Source: Blastocystis sp. Blastoise (Eukaryota > Protista > Bigyra: Opalinata). Taken from it: a stretch of 64,000 nt of DNA. Location: the NCBI GenBank assembly GCA_039096225.1, contig JBBPEB010000013.1:1612001-1676000 (forward strand). The letters are read 5' to 3'. Under the pieces are notes generated by a model that was not told the origin of the DNA, searched no databases, and saw nothing but the letters and a program-made list of their open reading frames with translations. The translations under genes and the position numbers were made by a program. Shown piece by piece: positions 38,935 through 63,206 of the stretch (positions within the stretch are counted from its first letter, which is position 1; each line of letters starts with the position of its first letter).

Positions 38935-41918
38935 ATGAATACAATTAGGAAAAGGGGAACACAACACCCGTCTTCACCAAATTCACAAAGTGAATTATTA
39001 GAACAAACTCCAATACAGGAGACTCGACGATTCTCAGTCAAGAGCAGCTCGCTAACATTTCTATTTATGATCCTTACGTATGATTATTTGAAAATAAATA
39101 GACAATTATTTACAATTAGGCCTTTAATCTCTAATTTATTAGGAAGTCAATTCCTTGAAATTTTACCAGTTCCAAAGCCAGATAATGTACCAACAAATCA
39201 GTTTAGTGAAGGTAGAAGTCGTAAACATGTATGGGAATTAGCAGAAGTTATAGGTGTTCGAGAATTAGGAACAAAGGCTTGTGATATAGATTCCACAAAT
39301 TATATCTTAAAGCAAATACACCGATTGGATGGAATCAGTGATTTAAATAACTGGATTTTAGATGTAGATATTCAAAGACCAAATGGTGGAATTACTTATA
39401 ATTTTATACATATTGACTTTACAAATATATATTCCAATTTAACAAACATTATTGTCTCGATTACACCAAAACATATTCTATTTAATAAAGGTAAATAAAG
39501 AATATATATATATATATTTATTTATAGAATTTCCTTCTCTTCTTCTTTCTGCACATTATGATTCAGCTGTTAATGCACGTGGAGCAGGAGATGACGCATC
39601 TGCTGTCGCTGTATATATATTATTCTTAATTTCTATAAATTATAGTTATTTGTGATATCTTTTAAAAATAATATATATATATGTTATTTATCTTTTGTAT
39701 ATATATATATATGTTTTTACATATTTTTGTAATGTTTATATTATCTTATGATGAATAGGTACTTTTAGAAACACTTTCTGTTCACGTTCATACTTCTTCT
39801 TCTCTTTATAATAATCGAATTATTTTCTTATTTAATAATGCTGAAGAAACTTATTTACAGGTATATATATATTAAAGTGAACATAGTTATATGTGAATTA
39901 TAAATTCATAAATTATATTATATAAACGATTTTATATATATAAATGATAGAAATCATATTATATTCTCTAAAAAAAATAGATTCTATATATATATGTAGA
40001 ACAAATAATATATTTAATTTATAGAATACAGAGTAAAAATAATAGTTATATATATATATATATTATATATAGGGAAGTCATGCATTTGCGACTCAACATC
40101 CCTTAGCTCAAGAATCGCGGTTATTTATCAATATTGAGGGTATTGCTAGTGGTGGAGGTGGAATGCTATTCCAAAATGGACCAATGAGCAGATGGATTGT
40201 GGATATTTATAAACAGTATTTCAATAATAGTCTATTATATATTATATTATAAATAATATATTATAAATTATGTTCTATAAATTATTTACTATATATTATA
40301 AATTATTTGTTATTAATAATATAAATTAATAATAAATAATATATATAAAGATCAACGGATCACCCATTTTCACTCGTTGTCCCGCGGGATTTATTCCGTT
40401 TTGGCGTCATTCCTGCAGATACCGATTATCGTATACTCACTCAATACCCTCTTTTTAAAGAGGGAAAAGCTATATATAGATCTGGGTATATATATATAGT
40501 TATTTAATATAATAATAATATTATATAATATATTATAGTTCTATATATATATATATATATTATATTTTAATGAATTTATAATAAATATAATTATATATAA
40601 ATAATAATATGTAATATGTAATAATAATCATATATATATATATAGTCTGGACTTTGTGTTCTTTAAGAATGGATTTATATATCATTCTATACATGATGAT
40701 TATAAACATATTTCTCAAGGACAATTACAACATTTAGGAGATACAATCGTGAATATATCAAGAAATATAGTGAACTCACCTTTATTTCCCGCTGGAAATG
40801 GACAATCAGATGATAATAGTGTTCATTTTGATCTCTTTGGATATTATTTAGTATATATATATAATATTGGATACACATCTATTTTTATTATTATTTATAT
40901 ATATATAACTATTCATAAATAATGAATATAATTTACTAATTTCAATGATTGTTTCTCTCTATAAATATACTTTTTATTTCTCTCTAGTTTATCTTTAATG
41001 AGCATTCTTTCTATTGCTTCTTTTATCTTCTTCTTCTTCTTTCCCTCATTCATCTCAAGTTCAATCCTATTCCTTATCTCTTCTCAGGAATATTCTCAGT
41101 ATATATTGCTGTTCTGACAGGATTAATCGCGGGACTCGCAACTGCAGCTATTAATGTTTATATTCGAAAACAATTTTTATTCTGGTATTTCTTTATTGGA
41201 TTATATATATAATATTTTCTCTCTTCCTCTCTTGATATATAATATATTATATATGGTATTATTATTATTATTATTATTTTTTCTCTCTCTATATATATAT
41301 TCTCTCTCTCTATATATACTCCTAGGTATTCATCTATTTTGAGTGGAATGTTTGTATATGGTCCTATTATTATTATCTCCAGTTTTTATATGTATAAACT
41401 ACTAGATAAACGAGATATCACGTATATATATATATTATTAAACATATATCATTATATGTGTATTATTATATATATTTATAAACGTATATGACTATATATC
41501 ATAGTATCATATATTATTATGAATATAATATTTGTTTGTTACATATATTCTCTCTAGAGGATATATATACTATAATATCTATATCTATATATCTAGAGAA
41601 ACTATATATCAATCTTTCTATCGTCATATTCATTATCAATTATATGCGTCTGTTCTTATCGCCTTCACACTCAGCATCTTTCAGCTCGTTTCAGCATATA
41701 TATGCATCTTCTTTATATTACCTCCAGCTATTTGTATTGCTTATATATATATTATGAAATATATATTTATAGTGTAAATCATGATCTATATACTTATTAT
41801 TTCTATAAATTTATAATTTTCATATATATATAGATATATTAAGAGGTCTCCCGTGAATATATATATCTGTTTCATTATTAGTGTGGTTATTCCCGCGGTT
41901 TATTGTGGATATGTATTG

Positions 41919-41968
<50 letters not shown>

Positions 41969-42034
41969 TGGAACACAAATGTTACAAATTGCCATACCAT
42001 TCGCTGGTCGTTCAGGTATATATATATCTATATA

Positions 42035-42092
<58 letters not shown>

Positions 42093-43938
42093 GGTCCTCT
42101 TCCCGCCATTTTCGTGGAGGCACTTATCGTCTCTGTTCTTTTTGTCTCTGTATATATATATATATTCCTATATATCTATATATATATATATATATCTATA
42201 TATATATATCTATACACACCTCTATTAATATCTATATAAATATCCTCTCTATAGTGTCTCTCATATACTATACCTCTCTATCCTTATCTCTCCTCCTTTC
42301 ATATATCTCCTTCCTATATATACATATATATACTAATATCTCTACTTATACTTACTTTCTCACCGCCACCGTTTACAGCCAAACACCCGCGACGCGCCTA
42401 TATTATGTATACTTCAGAATACTCTACAATACATCTCTATAACCGCGGGGATTTGTATTATAATCGATATAGAAATAGTCCTTTTATTGAGAATAGAGAT
42501 CGTGAGGGATATCGTACGGAGAACACAATCACAGAGTGTGATCCTAACGGTAATTGTATTATTCAGACAGATATGAATCACGTGCTGAATCTTTCAAAAG
42601 AATATTCCAAGAATAATAATACTTTATATCAAAAAGAAGAAACGAATGTTCTAAATAATAATAAACACATTTATACTGCTACGAATTATATATATATATC
42701 TCCTACAGATGCGTTTGATATTCAAAGTCTTTTTACTAAACTTGAAGTATATATATATGTATTTATTATTATGATTAAAATATGTTATACACATGTGTTT
42801 AACATTTATATATAATGTATATATTATATACAGTATGATTGAAATATAGTATATACTTATGTTTAACATATTTCATAATATACATAATATATTTTATATA
42901 CATATGATAGAAATATTTGAATATGTGTTTAATATAAATATATTTATATAATAAATAATACAATTCTTATAAAGATACCTCCAAAAACTCAATTTTATCC
43001 TTTATCCCCGCGGGACTGGCTAAGTCATCTACCTGTAAGTATATTTTACCGTGGGAATAAGTATAAAACACATACAAATAATCCAGTTTTTTCGATGAAT
43101 CATCCCTATTTAGAAGTATATATGTATATTAATACAATTTATTAAGGATTATATATATATATCTATATATATATATATATATATATATATAGATAACATC
43201 AGATATGCATTGTATTCAACTAGAATGTTTTCAAGATGAAACAAGATGGTATAGAAATATAACCTTAAAAATTGAAACGATAATAAATGGTGTTACATTA
43301 GTGTCTATTCATGGACCAAAAATTGTATATATATATATATATATTTAAATTATATTTATAATTAAATATATATTCATATATATATAAACATATCTATAAA
43401 TATATACTTCTGTAGGTTAATCACAATACATCTTACATATATGACGCATCCTCTGTCAATAGTATTCCTTACGGATTCACAAAATCATCTCCTTTAAAAC
43501 AAGCGTCAATTGAAGGTCAATCGAGTTATTTATTTAGACATTCTGGTATATATATATATATAATATTGAATATATAGTATCATTATTTCTATATAAATCA
43601 ATAAAATAATAAGACAAAGAATTATCATTATATTTATATATCAATAGTATTAAATAATATTGAATAAATTCATAACATATATTAAATAATATTGAATAAA
43701 TTCATAACATATATATATAGGTGGATATACTATTCATTCATTTTCAATGAATTTCTTGTTTGATTCAAACAAAGATATATATATAGATATATATACAAAT
43801 TATAATCAAAATAATTTAAAAGATAATCAAATAGTATTTGAAACAGAAATAGGGAGATTCGCTAAACATGAATTTGATGATTTACTAATATATCCTTTTT
43901 ATGGATACACACAGCATTATATCATTGATCAATTATAA
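38935..43938 (+). CDS. M28 family metallopeptidase, ERMP1-like multi-pass membrane protein
   Basis: [59 protein letters not shown] zinc-ligand motifs followed by multiple TM segments; internal exon boundaries near 41750-42450 less certain. Confidence 0.9.
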
Positions 43939-44775
43939 TTATCCTGCTTTTAAGCACACACTCTATTTTGTTATCAGTATTCTAGTATTATTTATATATC
44001 TAGAAGATTACATTCTTATATATTTTTTATTATCTATATATAAATTGTGACTTTTCTCATCGAATTCATTTTTTTTAAAATTTCGCATTGTTTTTGTTTA
44101 AACGTATATGATAATATTATTCTTCATCAACATTCGACACGTTTTCATGCACTATTTGATAAATTCTTTAATAAATGTTAATATTTTTCTCATTAAGCAT
44201 TAGAATTAAAACTTTATATTCTCATTTAAATAGTATCTACATGCAAACAGCGAAATCTCTTGAATAACAAAAATGATTCTTCGTAATAAATAGCATAAAA
44301 ATAATGTTATTTAGCAGAATCTTGATTTTAAATATATTCAGTAGTTGTATCGTCCATCTTATGTATATTAATTCACAATTTATTAGTATTCAGGAGTTCT
44401 AGGACATATATATAAAGCAAGTAAATAATAGTGAACTGAAACATTTTTCAGCATCATTTTTTATATCAAGTTTCAGTTCTTCACGATTATTTTCGAATCC
44501 CTAGTGATTTATTGTTCTTCCTCATGATAACTAAAGGAAGAAAAGTTTGAAAAACAATGAAATACCCTGGATAATAAGAGGGCATATATATCAAAAAGAA
44601 CCTAAATACAAGAAATACACTGATAATAAAGAGCCATATAATAAACAGTGACCATAATCATGTATTCAGATAAAAATGTTGTTTTTCTTGAAAAATAATA
44701 CAGATTATTATTGAATTCATTAGAATCATTAGAAAGCAGGTATATTGCTTCCAATTTATATTAATAAATAATTAA

Positions 44776-45965
<1,190 letters not shown>

Positions 45966-46826
45966 ATATTCACAAATATATTACTATATATATTTTTTTT
46001 AGTGTTTATCTATATACATTTATGTTTAATTATCTATGTTTCATTTCGTTTTTTTTTGTATTTATATCTATCTCCCTATCTATCTCTATATTATAAATAT
46101 TTTTATCTACTTTTGCTCTTGTATATATTTTTATATGAAATTTATTAATTATCTTGTTTTTATTATTTATATATTTATATATATACCACAGAGTAAATAA
46201 TTACTTATTTTTATATAATATTTTTTTTTTATTATATACATATATAAAGTATTTAGGATCATTATTTTATCGTCTTTCATTCTTCTTAACACTTTATATT
46301 ATTTTTATATTTCATTTTCTATAATTACATATATACGTGACATAATTCATAAAATCAAAAATTTCTGTTTCTATTATATATATATCTCTATTTTTTTTAT
46401 TATTATTCTTCAGTTTTTTCCCTTTCAAATATATAATTAATTAACTCATTATTTTCATAGTTTTTGATAAGTTTTGTTTTGTTATAAATTTATTTAGTTA
46501 AGAAAGTCATAAAAATATATATTTATAAAAGAATAATAGGATATATAAACAATTATTATTTTTATAGAGAAAAGCATTTTTAAGTTAGAGAAGAAAAGTA
46601 GCAAATGACTTATAAATAGCATCATTGATTAAGAAGAGAGTATAGAAGGTAAAAGAAAAAGATAGTGTCAATAGGTAGAAATAAAAATAGAAATAAAAAT
46701 AGAAAAGATAAAAATATGAAAAAGAAAAAGATAGAGAGAGAGATAGCTTTAAAATAATTATAAAGAATAGTTTAGTTATAATAAAGAATAATAAAAGTGA
46801 TAAAAATAATAGTTGTATGTATTGTT

Positions 46827-48579
46827 TTATGTAGATTTTGATTCTAAGGACGAATTTACTAATTTTTCAATTGACTATATGATATATATTTATATTATTA
46901 TATAAGATTATATAAAAATTAAATTATTTAGATTTGATGTTTATTCATATATATAGAGATTGATATTAAATAATATAACTATATATACTTTATCATAAAG
47001 AACTTTTTGTTTGAGTTGATTTATCCAATCATTTAATAGTGTTTTTGTGTCTTCCGTCATGGGAGTGTTTGTTAATAACGTTAACGCTTCTTCATATTGA
47101 GCACTATAATATTATATATAATAATATGAATAATAATATGAATAATAATATGAATAATAATATGAATAATAAGAATAATATGAATAATAATATGAATAAT
47201 AATATGTATAATAATATGAATAATAATATATATAATAATATGAATAATAATATGAATAGTAACATATATATTTATATATATAATAATAATAAACATAATC
47301 TATATATACTGTTCTAAATATGATTTAACTTTATGAAATACCATAACTTGATCTTCATTTCTAGAATGAGAACTATTGTTATTATTTTGACGATTCCCAC
47401 GGTTATTCCATGTATGATGTTCATATTGTTCTCTTTTAGAGTAAATAGATGGTGTTTGTGTAGTGTTTTTATTTATATAGAGAAAAGAGAAGATATGAGA
47501 GAGAATAGATGTAGTAAAAGAAGAAAAAGAAGAAGAAGAGAATGAGAAAGCCGAAGAAAGAAGAGAAGGGTATATATCCATATAACTATATAGATAAATA
47601 GGAGATATAGAAGCATATTGAATTATAAATCATATATAGATTAGTTAAAATATTCTAATATAATATATATATATATATATAATCAAGATAAAGTTGATAG
47701 GAAGACATTGTTGAATTATCTGAGACAGTCTATATATATAATAATTATGATATAATTATAAATATAAATAAATATATATGTACTAAAATATATGATATAT
47801 AATGTATAGTATATATTATAATATATATATAAAAGTATAATAAAAATAATAGTATATATTTTATAATACTTGATGTGCTCTTAGTTGCGGAATGATTGTG
47901 TTCATGGTATTTAACAGTTTTCTATTTGATTCGAGAATATTTTCATATTCTTGTTTTTGATTGGATGATTTTGCTAATACGACGCGAATCACATTATCCC
48001 ATTCGTTATAAGACTATATAGAATATAATATATATATTTAATAATAATATGTTCTATATTAGATATGAAAAAAATTATATTTTATTGAATATGAAAAAAT
48101 ATTATATTATTGAACATAAAAATCAATATATATATATACATTTTGAACTTGTTTAAATAATTCATGTAACGTTAGATCTTTATCAGCGGTTTCTAATGCA
48201 TCGACAATTCGATTTACATAATATTCTTGTGTTTGTTGAGATATACTCATAAAGGAGGACTATATATAGATATAATATTATAAACATAAATGTTTTATTA
48301 GAAATATAAAATAATAATATAAAATTCTCTATAATAATAAACACTATAAATAATAATATTATATATATATACATTATATTCATCTGTAAATTCATTATCG
48401 GCCATAGTTTTTTGATAATTAAAATTATCCGATAATTCCCGTGAATATTGTTGATATTCCTCTTCTAATTTTATTTCTTTTGTTTTACAATTGTGTTCAT
48501 ACTGATATTTATAGATAGAATCGATATTATGAAATAGAATTTGCTTTTCTTTTTGATACTATATATATTATTCATTATA

Positions 48580-48610
<31 letters not shown>

Positions 48611-48893
48611 GATCAATATAAAAACATATAAAACTTTATTTAACACTATAAAGAAGTAATATATATATATATACAATTTGTTTATGATATTCTTTATTTT
48701 TCTTTAATAATTCAAATAAAATAGAAACTTCTTGATTTGGAAGATCTAAGTATTGAGCTGAAATTTGTTGAATAAACTGACTTTTCAGTTTAAATTGTTG
48801 AAACTAAAGGAAATATATATATATAATTATTATTATAATAAAGAATATATACATCTTCTTCGTCATTATTTGAAATATTATTATTATTATTAA

Positions 48894-48965
<72 letters not shown>

Positions 48966-49894
48966 CTTTATTATTATCTTGATTATTATCAGAAATTTCA
49001 ATAATTCCTTTAGTACTACTTTCAACTATAACATTATTATTATTATTTTCTAAATGAATAACATTATCTTCATCTTCAGTTTGTGTTTCTTCTGGAATAT
49101 TGTTATGAGACAAATTATCTATTGCTTTATCACGATCTGAATAATCTGTAGAAATTGAATCTATTTCTTTCTGAATTGTATTACTAAATGATTGATCTAT
49201 ATACAAAGAAAACAATAATAGTTATAATTAAAATAATAATTATAATTAAAATAATAATTATAATTAAAACAATAATTATATTAAAACAATAATTATATGT
49301 AAATTAATAATTATAATTAAAACAATAATATATACCATCTACAAGATCTTTTGTATTCATCATATTTATAATAACTTGAGCATCTTTTTCATATTGTTTC
49401 ACATCTTTGTTGTCTAAATAATTGTAGAATCAAGAAAAGAAAAAAATACTTATTTTAATGTCTAAAAGTTGCTTTCGACATGTATCCCAATCTAAAGCGA
49501 CATACTTTTCAATATATTCAAGTAATTCTGGATGATGATCATCACAATATTTGTATAATCCAGGAGATAATCTACATAAAAATAGGTTTTTATATTGAAA
49601 ACCTAACGATACCTTAAAGATATAACGCCAACAACGGGTAATGAAATAAGAAGAGTAAGAACTGATTGCACAATTGACGAATTGTTTGGTTTAGAAGATT
49701 TATTTGTTGCTTGTTCAGTAGTAACATCCTCAAAGATACCTTTTGATGCTTCATCTTTCATTAACCTTGCAGTTTTCATATAGGATCTTACTCCATTCTT
49801 TAAATTCTATAAAAATGAATTCATATCTATTTCTATTATCGATTACTTTAACGACTTTTGATGATTGTTTTAGTGAAGAACTTATTTGAAACAT
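46827..49894 (-). CDS. Divergent MICOS subunit Mic60/mitofilin (putative)
   Basis: Basic presequence MFQISSSLKQSSKVVKNLKNGVRSY, single TM (VLTLLISLPVVGVISL), acidic/Asn linker, coiled coil, and C-terminal VFHKVKSYLEHAQYEEALTLL...LLNDWINQLKQKVLYDKSIEKL resembling the mitofilin domain. Confidence 0.6.
47116..47260. repeat. Intronic 12-bp tandem repeat (AATAATAATATG)n
   Basis: Direct reading; gives the NNNM repeat in spurious ORF 47039-47317. Confidence 0.8.
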
Positions 49895-50158
49895 AGTATA
49901 AATAGAATAAAATATGTGTTTTTTTTGTTGAACAATTTAGAATTCTTTTCTTCTCTTTTTCTTTAGTAAAACAATTTGTATTTTTTAAATGATAAATATA
50001 CTATGAATAATTAAAAATTATTGTGAGAATTAAGTTAGTTTATGAATAAAACAAAGTAGTTAATAAAACAAAGAATTATTTTGATGATTAACTACAAAAA
50101 ATGATGTAATTGAACAACTAGTATGAGAAAACGTTACGATGAAAACTTTATTTTACAT

Positions 50159-50954
50159 TTAATGATTACTGGATTGTTTTGGTGCTGTAAGATGTTGTAA
50201 AGTAGCAATCAATAATCGTTTTTCTTCCAAGAATTGGTCATCATCAACTTTGTCTTCTAAGAAGTTTTGAAGGAAACTAACTAATTTTTGTTGATTACTC
50301 ACTAATACACTAATAATTTGTGCTGGCTTTCTTGGATTCGCTACAAAAACCTATATATTATTAATTTACATATATAGAGAGAATATATGTATATAAGATA
50401 CTTTAAAAACGTGAAATGCTTCAAATTGAATAGCTGGTGAAGGATTACGAAGAACCTATACATAATATTATTAATAAAATATAATGAAATAATAATAAAG
50501 AATAATATTAAATAAATATAATATAATTAATAATATTAAATAAATAATAAATATAATACATACACTCATAATTGTTTTTAAGTTATTAATATCACATATA
50601 TAATACATCATAATATCAAAATTCACTTTATCTAATAAAAACTCACCTAATAACTATATATATATATAGAATATAATATTCATTTATATGGTATATTATA
50701 TTATAAATAATGAGAGAATAAATATATATATATATATACTTTAAGAGATTGTCTTTGAGTGATATATATAGGTGATTGAATTAATGTTGCATACCATGTG
50801 AATACCTATATAATATATATAATTATATATAATATATATATGATTATATATACTAAAATATAAATAATAATAATACTAAAAAACAAGATATTATTTAAAC
50901 AAATAGTATATAATAAATATAATAACAAATAATAAATTATTTTAATAAGCCAAA

Positions 50955-50986
<32 letters not shown>

Positions 50987-51935
50987 AATAAATAAAATAA
51001 ATAGATTACTAAATACATGTGTATATAGTTCTGAAGGAGGAGCTAATCGTTGACTGATTAGACTCTTATTCTTTCTTAATAATTCATGAATGGTTAAGAA
51101 GGCATCACTAGCTATATCAAAATTAGGATTTTGACAATATTCTTCAAATAAAGGTTGTAATAAGAGATCATGTGTAAGTAAATAATTATGTAATTCACGC
51201 TTTTTAATACATTCTCGAATCATTGAACCACAATGAACAGCTAACAAAGGATTCTTATATCTAATATATAAGAAAATATAAAGTATTATAATAAAAAAAA
51301 TATAAATAAATAAAATATAAATAAATTATAAATAATTATAATAAATAAATAAATAAATAAATAAATATAAATAAATAAATAAATATAAAATATTTATAAA
51401 TAAATAAATAAATAAATATAAATAAATAAAAATAAAAATATAAATAAAATATATACCCATCAAACATCATTTGAAATATTTGAGCACCATCAGGAGATAA
51501 CATATATTCAGAAGCGAAATGAGAATAATCTTGAGTGATCAGACAAATATAAACAGTAACAAATGCATTGATCTCCTAGATATAATATATAAGAATATGA
51601 ATTTAAATGAATAAGAACAATCATCCTTAATATATATCTTCTTCTTTATATGATTAAATAATTACTTCTTGTGTGAGTAAAGAAAAATTGTTTAAAAACA
51701 TAATTGTCAAATGCTCATCAATAAATGCTTTACCTAATTCATTACATTTTTCTAAAATAGGCTCCTTCTCATCAGGAGGATTTAAGTAGTCTTTCATTTG
51801 TTCTAATCTATGTAGCAACTTCTTAGGAGCATCTGATTCCGTCTTACCAGAGATTACATTCAATTCAAAGATTGCCCTGTTGACAAGTTGGGTTGGAGTC
51901 TTCTTCTTTTTAAATAATTCTTTAAAGAATGACAT
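50159..51935 (-). CDS. CAB39: Mo25/CAB39 (Hym1) scaffold protein
   Basis: MSFFKELFKKKKTPTQLV, LAVHCGSMIRECI, PNFDIASDAFLTIHELL, YITQRQSLKLLGEFLLD, IQFEAFHVFKVFVANPRKP, DDQFLEEKRLLI. Confidence 0.95.
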
Positions 51936-52399
51936 AACAATAGCAAAAATATCACAATTTATTCTCCCCAAATTCGTATTGACATTAGAAAGATTATATA
52001 CTCTAGATTGAAAAGTGTTTCAGCGTCCTTTTTATACTCTTTTCATTCTAAACTGAATTTTTTAAGCTGATCTTATCTCTTTAAAAATTTTAAAAATTCC
52101 CCTTTTATGTAGTCAAATAACCGTGAAATACCAAGAAGAAAAAAATCATGTTTTTTTTATTTGTATCACTTGAATTTATAAAATTGTCATCGATGACGAA
52201 GTACTTCGTATTTTCTTTTCTTTTTTATTCTATATATATAAGTCTTCGTCTTTCTTCTTGTCCTCTTTTTTTTTGTGGGAAGAAACCGACAAAAATATCT
52301 GAAAAAAAAATAATTCTAGATTCGAATCTATTTTATTTTATATTTATAGTAAAAAACTTTTTGTTTTTACAAATTATTATATTATACTTTTAATATAAA

Positions 52400-60119
<7,720 letters not shown>

Positions 60120-62365
60120 TCAATTTATATTATTATTTTGTTTTATATACTTTACAGTTAGTTTTTAAGGCTTTTTTTAAAATATAATTGTATCTGCTTT
60201 CTATATATAATGACAATATATGTATCTTTTAATACTTATATATATATATCTTTAGAATTTTAACCAAATTAATTTATTTTATTATTTTTTTATATTCTTT
60301 TGGTTGTATTACATAAATAGGAAATATTGTAATATATTATTGATTTAATCTAAGAATAAATAGTATATATAAATGATAACAGATATTCCAAACATATTGT
60401 TTTAGAAATATAAGTATAACTATATATAGGTTTTAATTCTAGAAATAAGTATTTTTTTTGTAAAATACATTAAAGTATTATAAACAATTTATCGATTACA
60501 ATATATTATCAATTTTATAAACTTATAATATAATGAACAAAACATTTTTAAAAAATAATGTAATTATATGGAAAAGAACTAGGTTAATAAAAGAAATTTC
60601 TATTTACTATATAAATATATATATAATATATGATATTCTTATGGATAAAAAATCTATTTTTGTTATATTTTATAATATTTTATAATATTGAAATTTTGTA
60701 TATATTACGTGGTCATTTATTATAGTAATTTTTTTTGTTTATACATATATACAGAAAACATATGTTTTATATATACAATCAAGAATAATGACTATTATTG
60801 GAATGTATGAATTTTATTATACATTATATCTAGTGAATAAATAATAATAGTATATGCTTATTCATTTCTATATATAATATTGGATAGAAACAAGAGCTTT
60901 TCATGTATAACACAAAACTTATGTTTTAGAAGCTATAGACTAGAGATAGAATGACATATATAATTATATCATGAACATATATAAGATCAAAAAACAAACG
61001 AACTTTTTATACATATATTAACGTTATATAGAGAGATATCGATAAATATATAATATATAATATATAGAAAAATCCATTCATTACAGACGTACCAAACCAA
61101 ATATATATATTAATATATAAAGAAAACAAATATGTATAATAAAAGTAGATAAATTCACTAATATATTTTTGTTCTATTATCAGAGACTCTATTTTATAAT
61201 ATATTATTACCAAAATAAAGTTTCTTATTTTTTGAATGATTAGTAGTACTTTTAGAAAATATCATGTTAATAAAAAGTGTTTTTCATCGTGATACTCCAT
61301 ATTTATATTAATGTTTATTTTGAAAAAATGATTTGTTTTAAAACAATTCTTATCTCATAAAATAATATATATTTGGTTTTAGTAAGTTTAAATCTATCTA
61401 ATATTATTATTTTTTATATTACCAATTATTTGTTTATATATTAGTAGATATTATAAAAATTTGTAAGTATTGCTAATTCATGATAACCATTACTTACGAC
61501 TATCAATTTCATATAATATTGTGGATATCTTAAAAATATAGACACTAGTCACTTTTTTTTCCAGTTAATCTTTTGTAAACTAATTATCAATCTATATCAT
61601 AGTTCTTCATAAAAATAAAGTAATAATACAACTATCATTTATAATAGAAACTATAACAGTGTAAAATGTTAAAAAAAAACATTATTGCTTCAAAACTGTG
61701 TTTCAAGAAACAGAATGACTTATATAGAGAGCGTGTATGAAGTTACTTTGAAATGATAATACAATTACTATATAATATAAATAATAAGTACAAAAAAACC
61801 TTTATGATTTCTAATTTTATGTTTAATTAATAATCGAATTTTTCTACTATTATAATTTAATAGTAATAATTCTGCCAAAACAATAATATAAAAACAAATA
61901 AAATATCGATGAAACTCGCATATATATATTAATCTACTCTAAATTTTAAACTGTCTACTTTAAAATAGAGGGAAAGAGATATTTTTAAGAATTGTGTTTA
62001 TTTGTAGAAACCAAAAAAACTGTTGTTCAATTCCAGTAAAATAATATCTTTGTAAAAATGGGCAATTTGAAAAAATAGTCGCGATTATTCTCGGTTCAAA
62101 ATTCTTTGTATATGTGTTCTTGAAGAGAAACCTGAATTAAAAAGTCAATAACCGTGGGAAAAAGGAGTTAATGATGTTTTCAGACGCTTTAAGTGATTCT
62201 TTTAACAAATTTCAGAAGAAAAAAAATAACTATACCAAGAAAATTTATTTTAATTCAATTATTATTGAATTATCATTTATAGTAGTTGATACAAAGATAA
62301 TTGTTGATATTAGTATGTTATACATGATATGTTAAATTAAATAAATAAAAGTACTAGATTAATTC

Positions 62366-63136
62366 ATGGATTCAGAAAGTAAACAACAAAAGCGTAGTCT
62401 AGAACATCCAGAACCAGTCTCTAAACATACAAAGAATACTGCTGATTTCATTTTTAACGATAAAAGTAAAGTGAGCGTTGAATTATCTTTTTTGAAGAGA
62501 TATCCAACGTCGTTATTATCGAAAGCACTTGAGAATTCTGCTAATTATTTACAAGATGAAGATGCTTACTATATAGATTCTTCAAGATTCTCTGTTGATT
62601 CTTTGATTTTATTAATGGAAGGAAAAATTACACTTGATTCTTTACCCATGAATGAAATCTGTGAAATAAAAAAAGCTGCTAATTATTTCTTTGTAAATGA
62701 TATACGTGATGTTAAGGCTAAAATAGAAGTTACTCTCCAATTATTTTTAAGTGCTTTTATGAAGCAGAACGGTTGTTCAATGTAACTATATATTTTATTA
62801 TAATATAAAAATATCTTTATAGAGAAGATAAACAACGAAATGGTGAAAATAAGCAAACATTACTTATAAATGGTATATATGATAATAAATATATTTATAA
62901 TATTTTTTTTAGGTATACTAACTAAGGAAAGAAATGTCAAGTTTCTGGAATATTCACGATTATTTGAAATAATGAACATTAAAAGAGTAGTAATAAAATG
63001 TATGTTTATTATTATTATTGAAATATAGAAATATTATTATAATATAGTTAATTTTTCAGAAGATATTCCTTATGAATATATATATCCATCAAATCTACAT
63101 GAACTATTTCCACAATTAGAAGAATATGAACTTAAA

Positions 63137-63206
<70 letters not shown>

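Noticed and set aside
41756-41833. Possible AT-AG intron in the M28 peptidase (MK|YIKR)
   Set aside because: A GTAAAT donor a few codons downstream gives an in-frame canonical intron.
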